A stretch of DNA of 40,641 nucleotides from contig NC_068984.1 of the NCBI RefSeq assembly GCF_001194135.2, positions 133,965,466 through 134,006,106 of the forward strand, written 5' to 3'. Position 1 is the stretch's first letter, and each line of letters begins with the position of its first letter. Positions 34,801-40,641 of the stretch are shown here, piece after piece. Under the pieces are notes generated by a model. That model was not told the origin of the DNA, ran no database searches, and saw only the letters and a program-made list of their open reading frames with translations. Both the position numbers and the translations under genes were made by a program. This stretch comes from Octopus bimaculoides. Taxonomy: Eukaryota.

Positions 34801-36950
34801 GAAGTTTGCAAAGGCCTGAGCAAAGGCACTAACAATGTTAACAGCTTGAGACATTAGTTCACGGGCTTGCAGTTGGTATTTTCTGTCATGCGTTGGTAGA
34901 TTTAGGCTGTTGTACTCTGATATACCTGAAAGGAGAAAAGAAATTTAACAAAAATTGACAAAAGCCAATTGGTGCAGGCATGGCTGTGTGGTAAGAAGTT
35001 TGCTTCCCAACCACATGGTTCCAGATTCAGTCCCACTGCGTGGCACCTTGGGAAAGTGTCTTCTACTATAGCCTCAGGCTGATCAAAGCCTTGTGAGTGG
35101 TTTTGGTAGACAGAAACTGAAAGAAGCCTGTCGTATATATGTGTGTGTGTGTGTGTGTGTATCTTTGTTCCCCACCCCCGCTTGACAACCGGTGTTGGTG
35201 TGTTAATGTCCCTGTAACTTAGCAGTTTGGCAAAATAAGTAGCTTGCTTTAAAAAAATAAGTCCTGGGGTCGAACCATTCAACTAAAAGATCCTACAAGA
35301 TGGTGCCCTAGTTTGGTCACAGTCTAATGACTGAAACAAGTAGAAACAAAAGAAAAAATCTAGAATAAAATGTGATAGAGATTCGTTTCTACTGTAGGCA
35401 CAAGGCCTGCAATTTGGGGGAGGGGGATAATCGATTACATCAACCTCAGTGTGTAACTGGTACTTAATTTATCGACCCCGAAAGGATGAAAGGCAAAGTC
35501 AACCATGGTGGAATTTGAACTCAGAACATAAAGACAGACGAAATACCGCTAAGAATTTCATCCCGCATGATAATGATTCTGCCAGCTCACCGCCCTTAAA
35601 ATGTGATAGATATTACCATAGGAGTACATAGGAATGAATCCTTATTCTCAGTTGTAAAGAACTCTTTAGTAATGCATAATAAGAAAAGCAGTTGTGCTCA
35701 GTGTATATGAATGCATCAGTTAATAGCTAAATATTATATTGGAAATATAATTAAGACAGGGTGTAAATGTTGAAAAATATTGAACCAACCAAAGAACAGA
35801 AGTGAGAGAGACAAGCGACCTGAGCACTTACTTGAGTCAATGAATGGAAGGTTACTTTCTATGACTTTGGTGGCATTATTTAGTTTCCGAGTTAAATGTT
35901 TTTGAACATCACGAAGATGGTCTTCACTACAGTTGTGAAAAGTTGAAAAAGAAAGATTAAGACATTAAAGATGAGTAAAACATTTGTCGAAATGAACGAA
36001 AAAAACTGAAGATACTCCCTACAACTGGTAGATTAGTGATGGTATATGTATTGGTTAAGGGTTACATGTAAACATAAACTAAACTGTTCTATATTTAAGA
36101 GATGTGGAATTATTTACATTATTTACATTTGATGGATATTTGTCCTCATCTTGTTTGTTGTTAACACGTTTCAGCTGATATACCCTCGAGCCTTCATCAG
36201 GTGTTTTGGGGAAATTTCGAACCTGGGTTCTCATTCCTAAGGTATTTTTCAATGTTATTATTACTAGCATTAGTATTAATATTATTATTATTATTATTAT
36301 TCAGGTCACTGCCTGGAATCGAACTCGGAATCTTGGCGTTAGTAGCCCACGCTCTTAACCACTACACCATATATATGTGTGTGTAAATGTTGAACAGTGA
36401 GAATGAGTGCTCAACACTACATTGGTGGATAAAATTCCTTTATTTATGTATTAAGGCTACCATTGGTTTCATGTTAAGAAAAATATCTTAACATCTTAGC
36501 AATTTTTCAAACCATTCACATGGAGGAATGGTTTTTGTCTTCATTTTGGATGAACCATCCAACCCATGTCAGCATGGAAAATGGACATTAAATGATAATG
36601 ATGTCGATGAAGTCAAAGTATACAGTATTACAGGTCCATTTCTTACCGATTGGTTTCGCACAGGGTGTTAGATAATACCATGTAAGATTCAGAAATGACA
36701 GGTATGGAGAAAATATGGTGAAAAATGGATATATCAAGAGTTATGTCCCTTGGCCTCGAAGCATCTGAGACGGCTGTAAGGCGGCAAGAGCCTTAAGACC
36801 CTGTGCGGAATAGATTGCTAAGATTGGCTGAAATGAATATACTTTATACTCTATGCTTTGATTAATAAACCCACTCTACTGATAAATATATGAGCACATA
36901 TATTTTTTCCAAACATATGGATTCTAAGACGATTATATTACAGTAAAATA

Positions 36951-36986
<36 letters not shown>

Positions 36987-39674
36987 CATATTTATATATA
37001 TGTAGGTGAGTATATACATGTGTGTGTGTGTTTGTGTTGGCAAGGCACAGATGCCACAACTTTCATCCATCTACTCATCCAAAACAAGGCTTTGTATGTA
37101 GTCAAATGCAAGTGTTGTGAAATATTGTTCACCGGGCTGACCAAAGCCTTGTGAGTGGATTTGGTAGACGGAAACTGAAAGAAGCCCGTCGTATATATGT
37201 ATATATATATATGTGTGTGTTGTGTGTGTGTGTGTGTGTGTGTGTGTGTCTGTGTTTGTCCCCCAACATCACTTGACAACCGATGCTGGTGTGTTTACGT
37301 TCCCGTAACTTAGCGGTTCAGCAAAAGACACCGATAGAGTAAGTCCTAGGCTTACAAAGAATAAGTCCTGGGGTCGATTTACTTGACTAAAGGCGGTGCC
37401 CCAGCATGGCCGCAGTCAAATGACTGAAACAAGTAAAAGAGTACACTTGTACTTACATTCTTTCAGCTTGATTTTTATATTCTCGAATTTGTCCCTGCTG
37501 AGTTTGAATTTTCACCTGAAATTCATATAAAAGTCATATAAAAGCTGCTAATATGTGATCACTTAAGAGGGCTTCCATCTCTGCTCATTTTCTAGTTTTC
37601 TACAAAGTATAAGGAAAGTTCAGAGTATATTTAAAATAAAATAAAACTCTACTGTAGATTCCTTAACCCTTTTGTTACCATATTTATTTTGAGATGCTCT
37701 GGGTTTCTTTAGTAAAGCAACTAAGTTATCATTAAGCTAGTGTTAGGAACATAAATTGTGACTAAGGTTTGGTGGAAGATTCTAATTCAGAACTATTGAA
37801 AACAAGACATTTGTACTACAAAGCCAGAGGTGGTTTCAGCTGGGTTGGTATCGAAAGGGTTAAATAAGTACAGAATATATTTTTGTATGAGAAGCATTTG
37901 AATAATTAAGTCACTTTTAGACCATTAGTATTTTTTTGACAGTTTGTGCCCTGAAAAGATGAAAAGTTAAGCTAGTCCTGATAAGGTTTGAACTTACAAC
38001 TGAAAAGGACAAAATTAAATACAGTGCATTATTGTTTCTGGCATCTCAATCATCTACATTTCAATATAGACAACATATATCAGCTGTAAAAAGGGATATA
38101 GCTAGCAAATCAATAAGAGAGCCTCTACTTAGACGAGTCGTGCGACCTACTAGAAATAGCAGCAAAATTTCACTTATGTCACAAATGAAACTGAAAAAAG
38201 CAGACAGGATGGTCATAGCTGGAACATGTTTAATCATGTCTACTTAATTAGGACTGACCTGAGCAACAGCCTCAGCTGAGCATTAACCACCTGGCTTTTA
38301 ACACCTGAATTTTCTCAGCTTTTGTAGTTTCAACCCAGAGACTATTGTGATTACTGTTTATATAGGTAGGGATTCTTTAATGGAAGTGGAACCTGAACCC
38401 TAAAGTAAGAAAAACGGGAGCAATTGGTGAAGAAAAGGTATGATTAATTGGGTGGAAGCCTACTTTCTGAGATAAACTCAGTGTAAATGTGTAAAAAATA
38501 CTGAGTTGATGTTGTAAAACACTTATGGAAGAAACAGACCATACAAGAAGACACGAGCGTAGGTAGTTAAATAAAGTTACTTCATCTCAAGAAAGTACTT
38601 TTATTGAAGTACATCTATCCTTGTTTATCACTGATTTATTCATTACTGGTCTGGAATAGCACAGTACACTCATTTGTGAATCATGTTACATTTATAATGA
38701 ACTGATCTGTCATAACATTGGTTGGCAATCAGTCAAAGATTCTGCTTGTTTTGATATTTTCCTGTTATTATTTTTTTATTATTTACTAATCTATGTTGTT
38801 ATCATAGATTGTTTCTAATCATGAAACAATATTATGTTTGTTTAAAATTGTTCAAAAGCGACAATTGGGTAAGTTAAAGGAATAAATTGGGCATCTTGGA
38901 ACAACGCCTATTTTGCCAAATGTTCTATTATGAAGGTGTTAGTGGTTAGTGTATTCAACTCACAATTATAAGGTTGTGAGTCTGATTCCTAGCAGCAAGT
39001 TGAGTTCTTGAGCAAGACTCTTCATTTCAAATTGTTTCAGACCACTCAGCTGGCAAAGATAGGTTGCACTTGTAGTTCAAAGGGCCAGCTTTGTCACATT
39101 TGATTGTCATGCTGAATCACCCTGAGAATTACTTGAAGAGTATGTATGTCTTGAAGAGTATGTATGCCACTTGCATATTAATTTCATGAGCAGGCTGTTC
39201 TATTGATTGAATCAACTGAAACATTTGTTATCATAACCAATGGAGTGCTCAACCATTTCTCATTTATCAGTGGTTCGTTTAAAACTGTCTTTTTTTAAAC
39301 CAAACACCTAACAAACAAAGATAAATATATTGAATGGAAACAAGGAGTATCACAAACAAAATGGCAAAACAGAGAGATCATTCGAAGTAAGATGTAGTAT
39401 TGCAAAGCCATCCAATCTATTCAATCGTGAAAGCAAAGAATTTAAAACAATGACAATTAAGAAGTGAAAAAGAGAAATATGATGACAGCTACAATAAATA
39501 TCATCTCACCTCCATCATCGCTTTATCCTGTTGTAGTTTTTCAACTTCAGATTTTCCTTTCTGAACTGTAAGAGACAGAACTTCATGGTGTTGACTAGAT
39601 TCCTTTTCATACTTTGAAAGTTGTTCTTGTAATTTATGTAGCTGGCTGTCATATTCTTGCTGGGTTTCAAATAC
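12847..39674 (-). CDS. PPP1R21: PPP1R21 (FERRY complex Fy-2) orthologue, 5'-partial, 17 coding exons in window
   Basis: Manual splice: join 39674-39510, 37515-37457, 35926-35832, 34925-34720, 32962-32861, 31647-31559, 30640-30504, 29871-29779, 28718-28591, 27714-27547, 26319-26227, 24803-24702, 23720-23577, 19404-19207, 16558-16460, 15570-15433, 12870-12847. All introns are GT-AG, phases are consistent, total 2040 nt. Peptides such as EYNSLNLPTHDRKYQL, LLSSTESKE, SREQLIK and DELATTTRSYEGQLRMMSEHLASMNEKL match my recollection of human PPP1R21 (YNALNVPLHNRRHQL, LLSSTESRE, SREDLIK, DELTTTKRSYEDQLSMMSDHLCSMNETL) in colinear order. Confidence 0.95.
13045..13165 (+). mobile_element. SINE family A head only
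   Basis: gtgtagttaagaagcttg...gggttcagtcc...ttctact...gtcgaccaatgcc. Confidence 0.75.
13191..13630 (-). mobile_element. SINE family A, full length (contains a gap)
   Basis: Reverse complement of the 6223 copy, head to tail. Confidence 0.92.
14135..14570 (-). mobile_element. Two tandem family B SINEs
   Basis: Two copies of ...cgaccccgaaagga..aaaggcaaa.tcgacc...ggaatttgaactcagaac...ctgccagct. Confidence 0.8.
14611..15035 (-). mobile_element. SINE family A, full length
   Basis: Reverse complement of the 6223 copy, head to tail. Confidence 0.92.
15433..15570 (-). CDS. PPP1R21: PPP1R21 exon, 138 nt, phase 0/0
   Basis: caatacag|GAT...AAA|gtaagt; DELATTTRSYEGQLRMMSEHLASMNEKLTTQKDEIDELKMQQAMSK. 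Confidence 0.96.
16460..16558 (-). CDS. PPP1R21: PPP1R21 exon, 99 nt, phase 0/0
   Basis: tttttcag|GTC...AAA|gttcgt; VRALHKRLAIAEEAKEKSIEELKQATTVQAQLK. Confidence 0.94.
16571..16652. repeat. ~30-bp degenerate tandem repeat, ~3 units, abutting the 16559 splice acceptor
   Basis: aatat(tgt)agca...tgaaatgaatagata units at 16571, 16600 and 16630. Confidence 0.7.
16668..18538. repeat. ~70-bp direct repeat pair (16668-16734 and 18468-18538)
   Basis: ataacttgaagctatgaagaaat(gcat)ggttaattcaaaacaatgagatgaataag(c/t)attacatttgacag. Confidence 0.95.
17470..17812 (-). mobile_element. RTE-tailed family D fragment with ~5 tandem hairpin modules
   Basis: Repeated tggtgcttttacgtgccaccggcac...gccagt...ctggcaatga units. 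Confidence 0.8.
18533..19108 (-). mobile_element. RTE-clade LINE ORF2 fragment (RT C-terminal region with Cys-rich insert), decayed
   Basis: CLICRKGVGRN...CKLWTHKR...FLCGRC...LEVVNSFHYLGD, then ARIRIVWAKFRELLPLL...RMKGRLYNAC..TAMLHSIETWAVTAEDMRRLERNEASML.WMC...RRLH, with a deletion/frameshift and a stop. Confidence 0.88.
19109..19164. repeat. (CA)28 microsatellite
   Basis: Uninterrupted CA run, 42 nt into the intron from the donor at 19206. Confidence 0.95.
19207..19404 (-). CDS. PPP1R21: PPP1R21 exon, 198 nt, phase 0/0
   Basis: ggtaacag|CAT...GAG|gtaagt; HSPSLDSRTGHIPISDGDSREQLMKASSVDADSREQLIKDHLTNRINQLTLNLQLAESKAINFHAE. The donor is firm; the acceptor position is somewhat less certain. 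Confidence 0.9.
19845..21068 (+). pseudogene. Decayed mariner (DD34D-type) DNA transposon with transposase pseudogene
   Basis: TA on both flanks; degenerate TIRs (tatgagggt...gtaggctgat / gtcagcctatgaagttctcagcaggctttcata); motifs WVLRLLT (WVPRxLT), DDCWVHQF, SAGKVMASVFW, YFHDLAPSDNHLFP (YSPDLAPSD); multiple stops, frameshifts and deletions. Confidence 0.93.
21160..21410 (+). mobile_element. RTE-tailed family D element with (GAT)n tail
   Basis: aggaagggcatccagct...ccaacccatgccagcatggaaagtggacgttaaacaatgataatgatgatgat. Confidence 0.85.
22598..23045 (-). mobile_element. RTE-tailed family D element with ~5 tandem modules
   Basis: catcatcatcgtttaacgtc...ctggatgcccttcc...(gtgccaccggcac modules). 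Confidence 0.88.
23048..23290 (+). mobile_element. SINE family C-like, old copy
   Basis: ggcacatggcttagtgattagg...gagttcgattccc...tcaaagggtcagctttgtcacac...gctgaatctccc. Confidence 0.7.
23577..23720 (-). CDS. PPP1R21: PPP1R21 exon, 144 nt, phase 0/0 (low-conservation linker)
   Basis: gattctag|AAA...CAG|gtaaca; KVKQLEKLLEDPQKLSGRSSVLSHVMGETSAANTVTGGESEHFDSSTQ. Confidence 0.87.
23998..24143. mobile_element. Fully palindromic MITE, Kolobok-like termini
   Basis: 71-bp arms, 4-nt loop gttt, 4 mismatches; TTAA at 24002-24005 and 24136-24139 with purine-purine start and pyrimidine-pyrimidine end. Confidence 0.75.
24702..24803 (-). CDS. PPP1R21: PPP1R21 exon, 102 nt, phase 0/0
   Basis: tttttcag|TTG...CAA|gtaagt; LQTFQQKVGKLEQQKEHYMLELQLLKMKYENEIQ. 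Confidence 0.95.
25007..25240 (-). mobile_element. SINE family B, full length
   Basis: ttatttctttattgcccac...ttctgccagctcgcc. Confidence 0.9.
25780..26119 (-). mobile_element. Tc1/mariner-superfamily (Tc2/pogo-like) terminal fragment
   Basis: Reverse complement starts taccgtaaatcctcgagtataatccaca, a typical TA-CCGTA terminus; inner boundary uncertain. Confidence 0.55.
26227..26319 (-). CDS. PPP1R21: PPP1R21 exon, 93 nt, phase 0/0
   Basis: atttccag|GCT...CAG|gtgaat; AQPESVPHRMAIQNRKMLLSSTESKESLLKQ. Confidence 0.95.
26420..26625 (-). mobile_element. Short RTE-tail repeat; similar copies at ~10560-10720, ~17205-17345 and ~31335-31500
   Basis: catcattttaacatccac...gcatggg...gatgcccttc...ccttacctgtttccaagcaa. 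Confidence 0.65.
26646..27010 (+). mobile_element. SINE family A, diverged
   Basis: Head, central microsatellite and 3' body in order; interrupted at ~27010 by an RTE-tailed element. Confidence 0.85.
27010..27450 (-). mobile_element. RTE-tailed family D element with ~4 tandem modules
   Basis: Same tail and modules as 22598-23045. Confidence 0.85.
27547..27714 (-). CDS. PPP1R21: PPP1R21 exon, 168 nt, phase 0/0
   Basis: ctacttag|TTG...AGT|gtaagt; LSAFLSGNQDFLTQRVNYRLRGSSTGDTTQHQEDHTNPIVALYRERAVKYLESIQS. Confidence 0.93.
27790..28015. repeat. Degenerate minisatellite with gtatgaca(g/a) core
   Basis: About five gtatgaca(g/a) cores with variable spacers. Confidence 0.75.
28133..28361. repeat. 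Long inverted repeat: 108-bp arms, 13-nt loop, 3 mismatches
   Basis: 28133-28240 pairs with 28254-28361; mismatches 28182/28312, 28218/28276, 28228/28266. Confidence 0.95.
28591..28718 (-). CDS. PPP1R21: PPP1R21 exon, 128 nt, phase 1/0
   Basis: acttccag|AT...AAA|gtaagt; VSKHFNSKISMEHQLPTASQSLKTSDECIVSSLVSLVTSTGK. Confidence 0.95.
28845..29255 (-). mobile_element. SINE family A 5' half, hosting a family B insertion
   Basis: Head at 29255-29116 resumes at 28901 after a duplicated 17-mer. Confidence 0.88.
28902..29098 (-). mobile_element. SINE family B nested in family A, 17-bp TSD
   Basis: ggcttctttcagtttcc at 28885-28901 and 29099-29115. Confidence 0.92.
29483..29720 (-). mobile_element. 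Family D element nested in an oppositely oriented older RTE-tail repeat
   Basis: gaaaagt at 29476-29482 and 29721-29727; host reads gcatggaaaagt|ggacattaaaacaatgatgatg. Confidence 0.75.
29779..29871 (-). CDS. PPP1R21: PPP1R21 exon, 93 nt, phase 1/1
   Basis: Long pyrimidine tract ...ccctttccag|GT...G|gtaagt; (S)HKSYSHCKRNHKRFFSELTTSVTYLHEAIK(D). Confidence 0.88.
29910..30150. repeat. Minisatellite, ~16-20-bp unit tatgagtga(ga)gtgtgtg
   Basis: About 13 tatgagtga cores in tandem. Confidence 0.9.
30504..30640 (-). CDS. PPP1R21: PPP1R21 exon, 137 nt, phase 2/1
   Basis: ttttgcag|T...A|gtaagt; LHQECALSTCTSMLEAKNKDLSQSYQKLNAVINRLDTYINILGAQ. Confidence 0.94.
30703..30892 (-). mobile_element. SINE family A 3' half
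   Basis: tactcttttacttgtttcagtcatttgactgcgg...gggggacaaaca, ending abruptly against the inverted-repeat cassette. Confidence 0.9.
30893..31330 (+). mobile_element. PLE/retrozyme-like cassette: 27-bp inverted repeats, 72-bp tandem duplication, hammerhead
   Basis: 30893-30919 is the inverse of 31183-31209 (2 mismatches); direct units start at 30967 and 31039. Confidence 0.6.
31202..31249 (+). ncRNA. Minimal type I hammerhead-like motif, best preserved
   Basis: gtct CCGATGA a gggatat-aataa-atatcct g GAAA cagtt GTA agac: stem I gtct/agac, 7-bp stem II, quasi-palindromic stem III acagttgt, GUA triplet; U4 replaced by C. Confidence 0.65.
31559..31647 (-). CDS. PPP1R21: PPP1R21 exon, 89 nt, phase 0/2
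   Basis: ttttgcag|GAA...AG|gtaaga; ETAVGLQPFAKAFHLAAAYLNKLLPYQQE(S). Confidence 0.93.
32035..32205 (+). mobile_element. Family D tail, diverged
   Basis: aaaagcaccca...ggttggcattaggaagagtatccagc...ccatccaaatgatgatga. Confidence 0.7.
32405..32590 (-). mobile_element. SINE family B, diverged
   Basis: aaattttggcacaaggccagc...gaaaggatgaaaggcaaagtc...ggaattcgaac. Confidence 0.75.
32861..32962 (-). CDS. PPP1R21: PPP1R21 exon, 102 nt, phase 0/0
   Basis: ctttctag|TAT...TTG|gtaagt; YAHFLFESAPYFKKLEKTLKEFNEEVGENCFTTL. Confidence 0.92.
34720..34925 (-). CDS. PPP1R21: PPP1R21 exon, 206 nt, phase 1/0
   Basis: cctttcag|GT...AAG|gttaga; ISEYNSLNLPTHDRKYQLQARELMSQAVNIVSAFAQAFANFCSYSEQRAHSISTMESHDHPLSVINKK. 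Confidence 0.95.
34974..35348 (+). mobile_element. SINE family A
   Basis: Head, microsatellite and 3' body in order. Confidence 0.88.
35385..35595 (-). mobile_element. SINE family B
   Basis: ggcacaaggcctg...atcgaccccgaaaggatgaaaggcaaagtc...ctgccagctcaccgcc. Confidence 0.85.
35832..35926 (-). CDS. PPP1R21: PPP1R21 exon, 95 nt, phase 2/1
   Basis: ctgtag|T...A|gtaagt; EDHLRDVQKHLTRKLNNATKVIESNLPFIDS. Confidence 0.92.
36075..36372 (-). mobile_element. tRNA-headed SINE (family E) with (TAA)n linker and hammerhead-like tail
   Basis: Minus-strand head tggtgtagtggttaagagcgtgggctactaacgccaagattccgagttcgattcc (A box TGGTGTAGTGG, B box GAGTTCGATTCC), then a TAA-rich linker and a CTGATGA...GAAAC tail. 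Confidence 0.8.
36163..36205 (-). ncRNA. Hammerhead-like motif in a SINE tail; cleavage triplet apparently missing
   Basis: aacac CTGATGA a ggctcgagggtatatcagct GAAAC gtgtt: both boxes present and aacac/gtgtt can form stem I, but no NUH remains between GAAAC and the stem I 3' arm. Confidence 0.5.
37130..37443 (+). mobile_element. SINE family A, 5'-truncated
   Basis: gggctgaccaaagccttgtgag...aaacaagtaaaagagta; ends ~14 nt from the donor at 37456. Confidence 0.9.
37457..37515 (-). CDS. PPP1R21: PPP1R21 exon, 59 nt, phase 0/2
   Basis: atttcag|GTG...AAT|gtaagt; VKIQTQQGQIREYKNQAER(I). Confidence 0.9.
37667..37859. mobile_element. piggyBac-like MITE, 193 bp
   Basis: TTAA on both sides (37663-37666, 37860-37863); TIRs cccttttgttacca / tggtatcgaaaggg. 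Confidence 0.85.
38940..39250 (+). mobile_element. SINE family C-like, old copy
   Basis: tagtggttagtgtattc...tcaaagggccagctttgtcaca...gctgaatcaccctgagaa...gagcaggctgttc. Confidence 0.7.
39510..39674 (-). CDS. PPP1R21: PPP1R21 exon (first in window), 165 nt, phase 0/0
   Basis: ttctgcag|GTA...GAG|gtgaga; VFETQQEYDSQLHKLQEQLSKYEKESSQHHEVLSLTVQKGKSEVEKLQQDKAMME, coiled-coil-like. Confidence 0.92.
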
Positions 39675-39821
39675 CTGCAGAACATTATATACAATTATGA
39701 ATGAATGTATTTACGTATGTATGCATGCGTGCGTGTGTGTGTGTGCATGCATGCATATGCATGCATGTATCCATGAATGCATGAATATATGTATGTAAGT
39801 ACGTATGCATGTATGTATGTA

Positions 39822-40128
39822 CATAGCCTCAGGCCGACCAAAGCTCTGTGAGTGGATTTGGTAAACAGAAACTGAAAGAAGCTCATGGTATATATGTATA
39901 TGTATATATACATGTGTGTTTGTGTGTCTGTGTTTGTCCACCCAACATCACTTGACAACCGATGCTGGTGTGTTTATGTCCCCGTAACTTAGCGGTTCGG
40001 CAAAAAGAAACCGATAGAATAAGTACTAGGCTTACAAAGAATAAGTCCTGGGGTCGATTTGCTTGACTAAAGGCGGTGCCCCAGCATGGCCGCAGTCAAA
40101 TGACTGAAACAAGTAAAAGAGAGAGAGT
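39822..40128 (+). mobile_element. SINE family A, 5'-truncated
   Basis: atagcctcaggccgaccaaag...aaacaagtaaaagagagagagta. Confidence 0.9.
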
Positions 40129-40369
40129 ATGTATGGATGCATGCATGCATGTATATGTGTGTGGGGGGGCGTGTGCGTATGAGTGTGTGCATGTATGTCT
40201 GTGTGTGTGTGTTTGTATGTACCCTTGTCTTGACATCACATGATGGTGGTAAATGAGCATCACAGTCAAAACAAGTGACATTGTTCATTTTTAGTCCTCC
40301 TCTTTATTTAAGAGAGCATGATGCAATGTGGAGAAGATTTGGCTTTTATTTCTAACAGATCAAGTCTTC

Positions 40370-40641
40370 TTCTCTTCTTGGCACTCCATCGCTTATGACG
40401 TCGAGGGTTCCAGTTGATCCGATCAACGGAACAGCCTGCTCGTGAAATTAACGTGCAAGTGATTGAGCACTCCACAGACACGTGTACCCTTAACGTAGTT
40501 CTCGGGGATATTCAGCGTGACACAGTGTGACAAGGCTGGCCCTTTGAATTACAGGCACAACAGAAACAGGAAGTAAGAATGAGAGAAAGTTGTGGTGAAA
40601 GAGTACAGCAGGGTTCACCAGCATCCCCTGCTGGAGCCTCG
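40370..40641 (-). mobile_element. SINE family C, runs off the window
   Basis: Near-identical to ~9410-9680. Confidence 0.92.

Noticed and set aside
36300-36372. tRNA gene (also the heads at ~9720-9789, 6223-6300 and 4236-4332)
   Set aside because: Only A/B boxes and partial arms are present, each fused to a repeated body; these are SINE heads, not tRNA genes.

Overview
AT-rich, repeat-dense animal genomic DNA with six small N-gaps, mostly flanked by (TA)n-rich simple repeats. The SINE families look like those of Octopus (coleoid cephalopod); this is an inference from recalled repeat families. The main gene is on the minus strand and is a PPP1R21 (KLRAQ1/CCDC128, FERRY subunit Fy-2) orthologue. 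I reconstructed 17 GT-AG coding exons from 39674 down to 12847 that splice into one open frame of 2040 nt (679 aa plus stop); the 5' end lies beyond the window. A candidate first coding exon of a second minus-strand gene sits at 1946-2001. The rest is an archive of mobile elements: four tRNA-headed SINE families, an RTE-tailed family, a decayed mariner, RTE and L1/Tx1 LINE remnants, a Penelope-like GIY-YIG remnant, hAT, piggyBac-like and Kolobok-like MITEs, and two long near-perfect hairpins. The most unusual signal is four minimal hammerhead-ribozyme-like motifs in unrelated sequence contexts. All four have one extra purine after the CUGANGA-like box. The best-preserved one is at 31202-31249, and one forms the 3' tail of a tRNA-headed SINE. 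None of the six-frame ORFs is a complete gene; several merely overlap real exons or element remnants.
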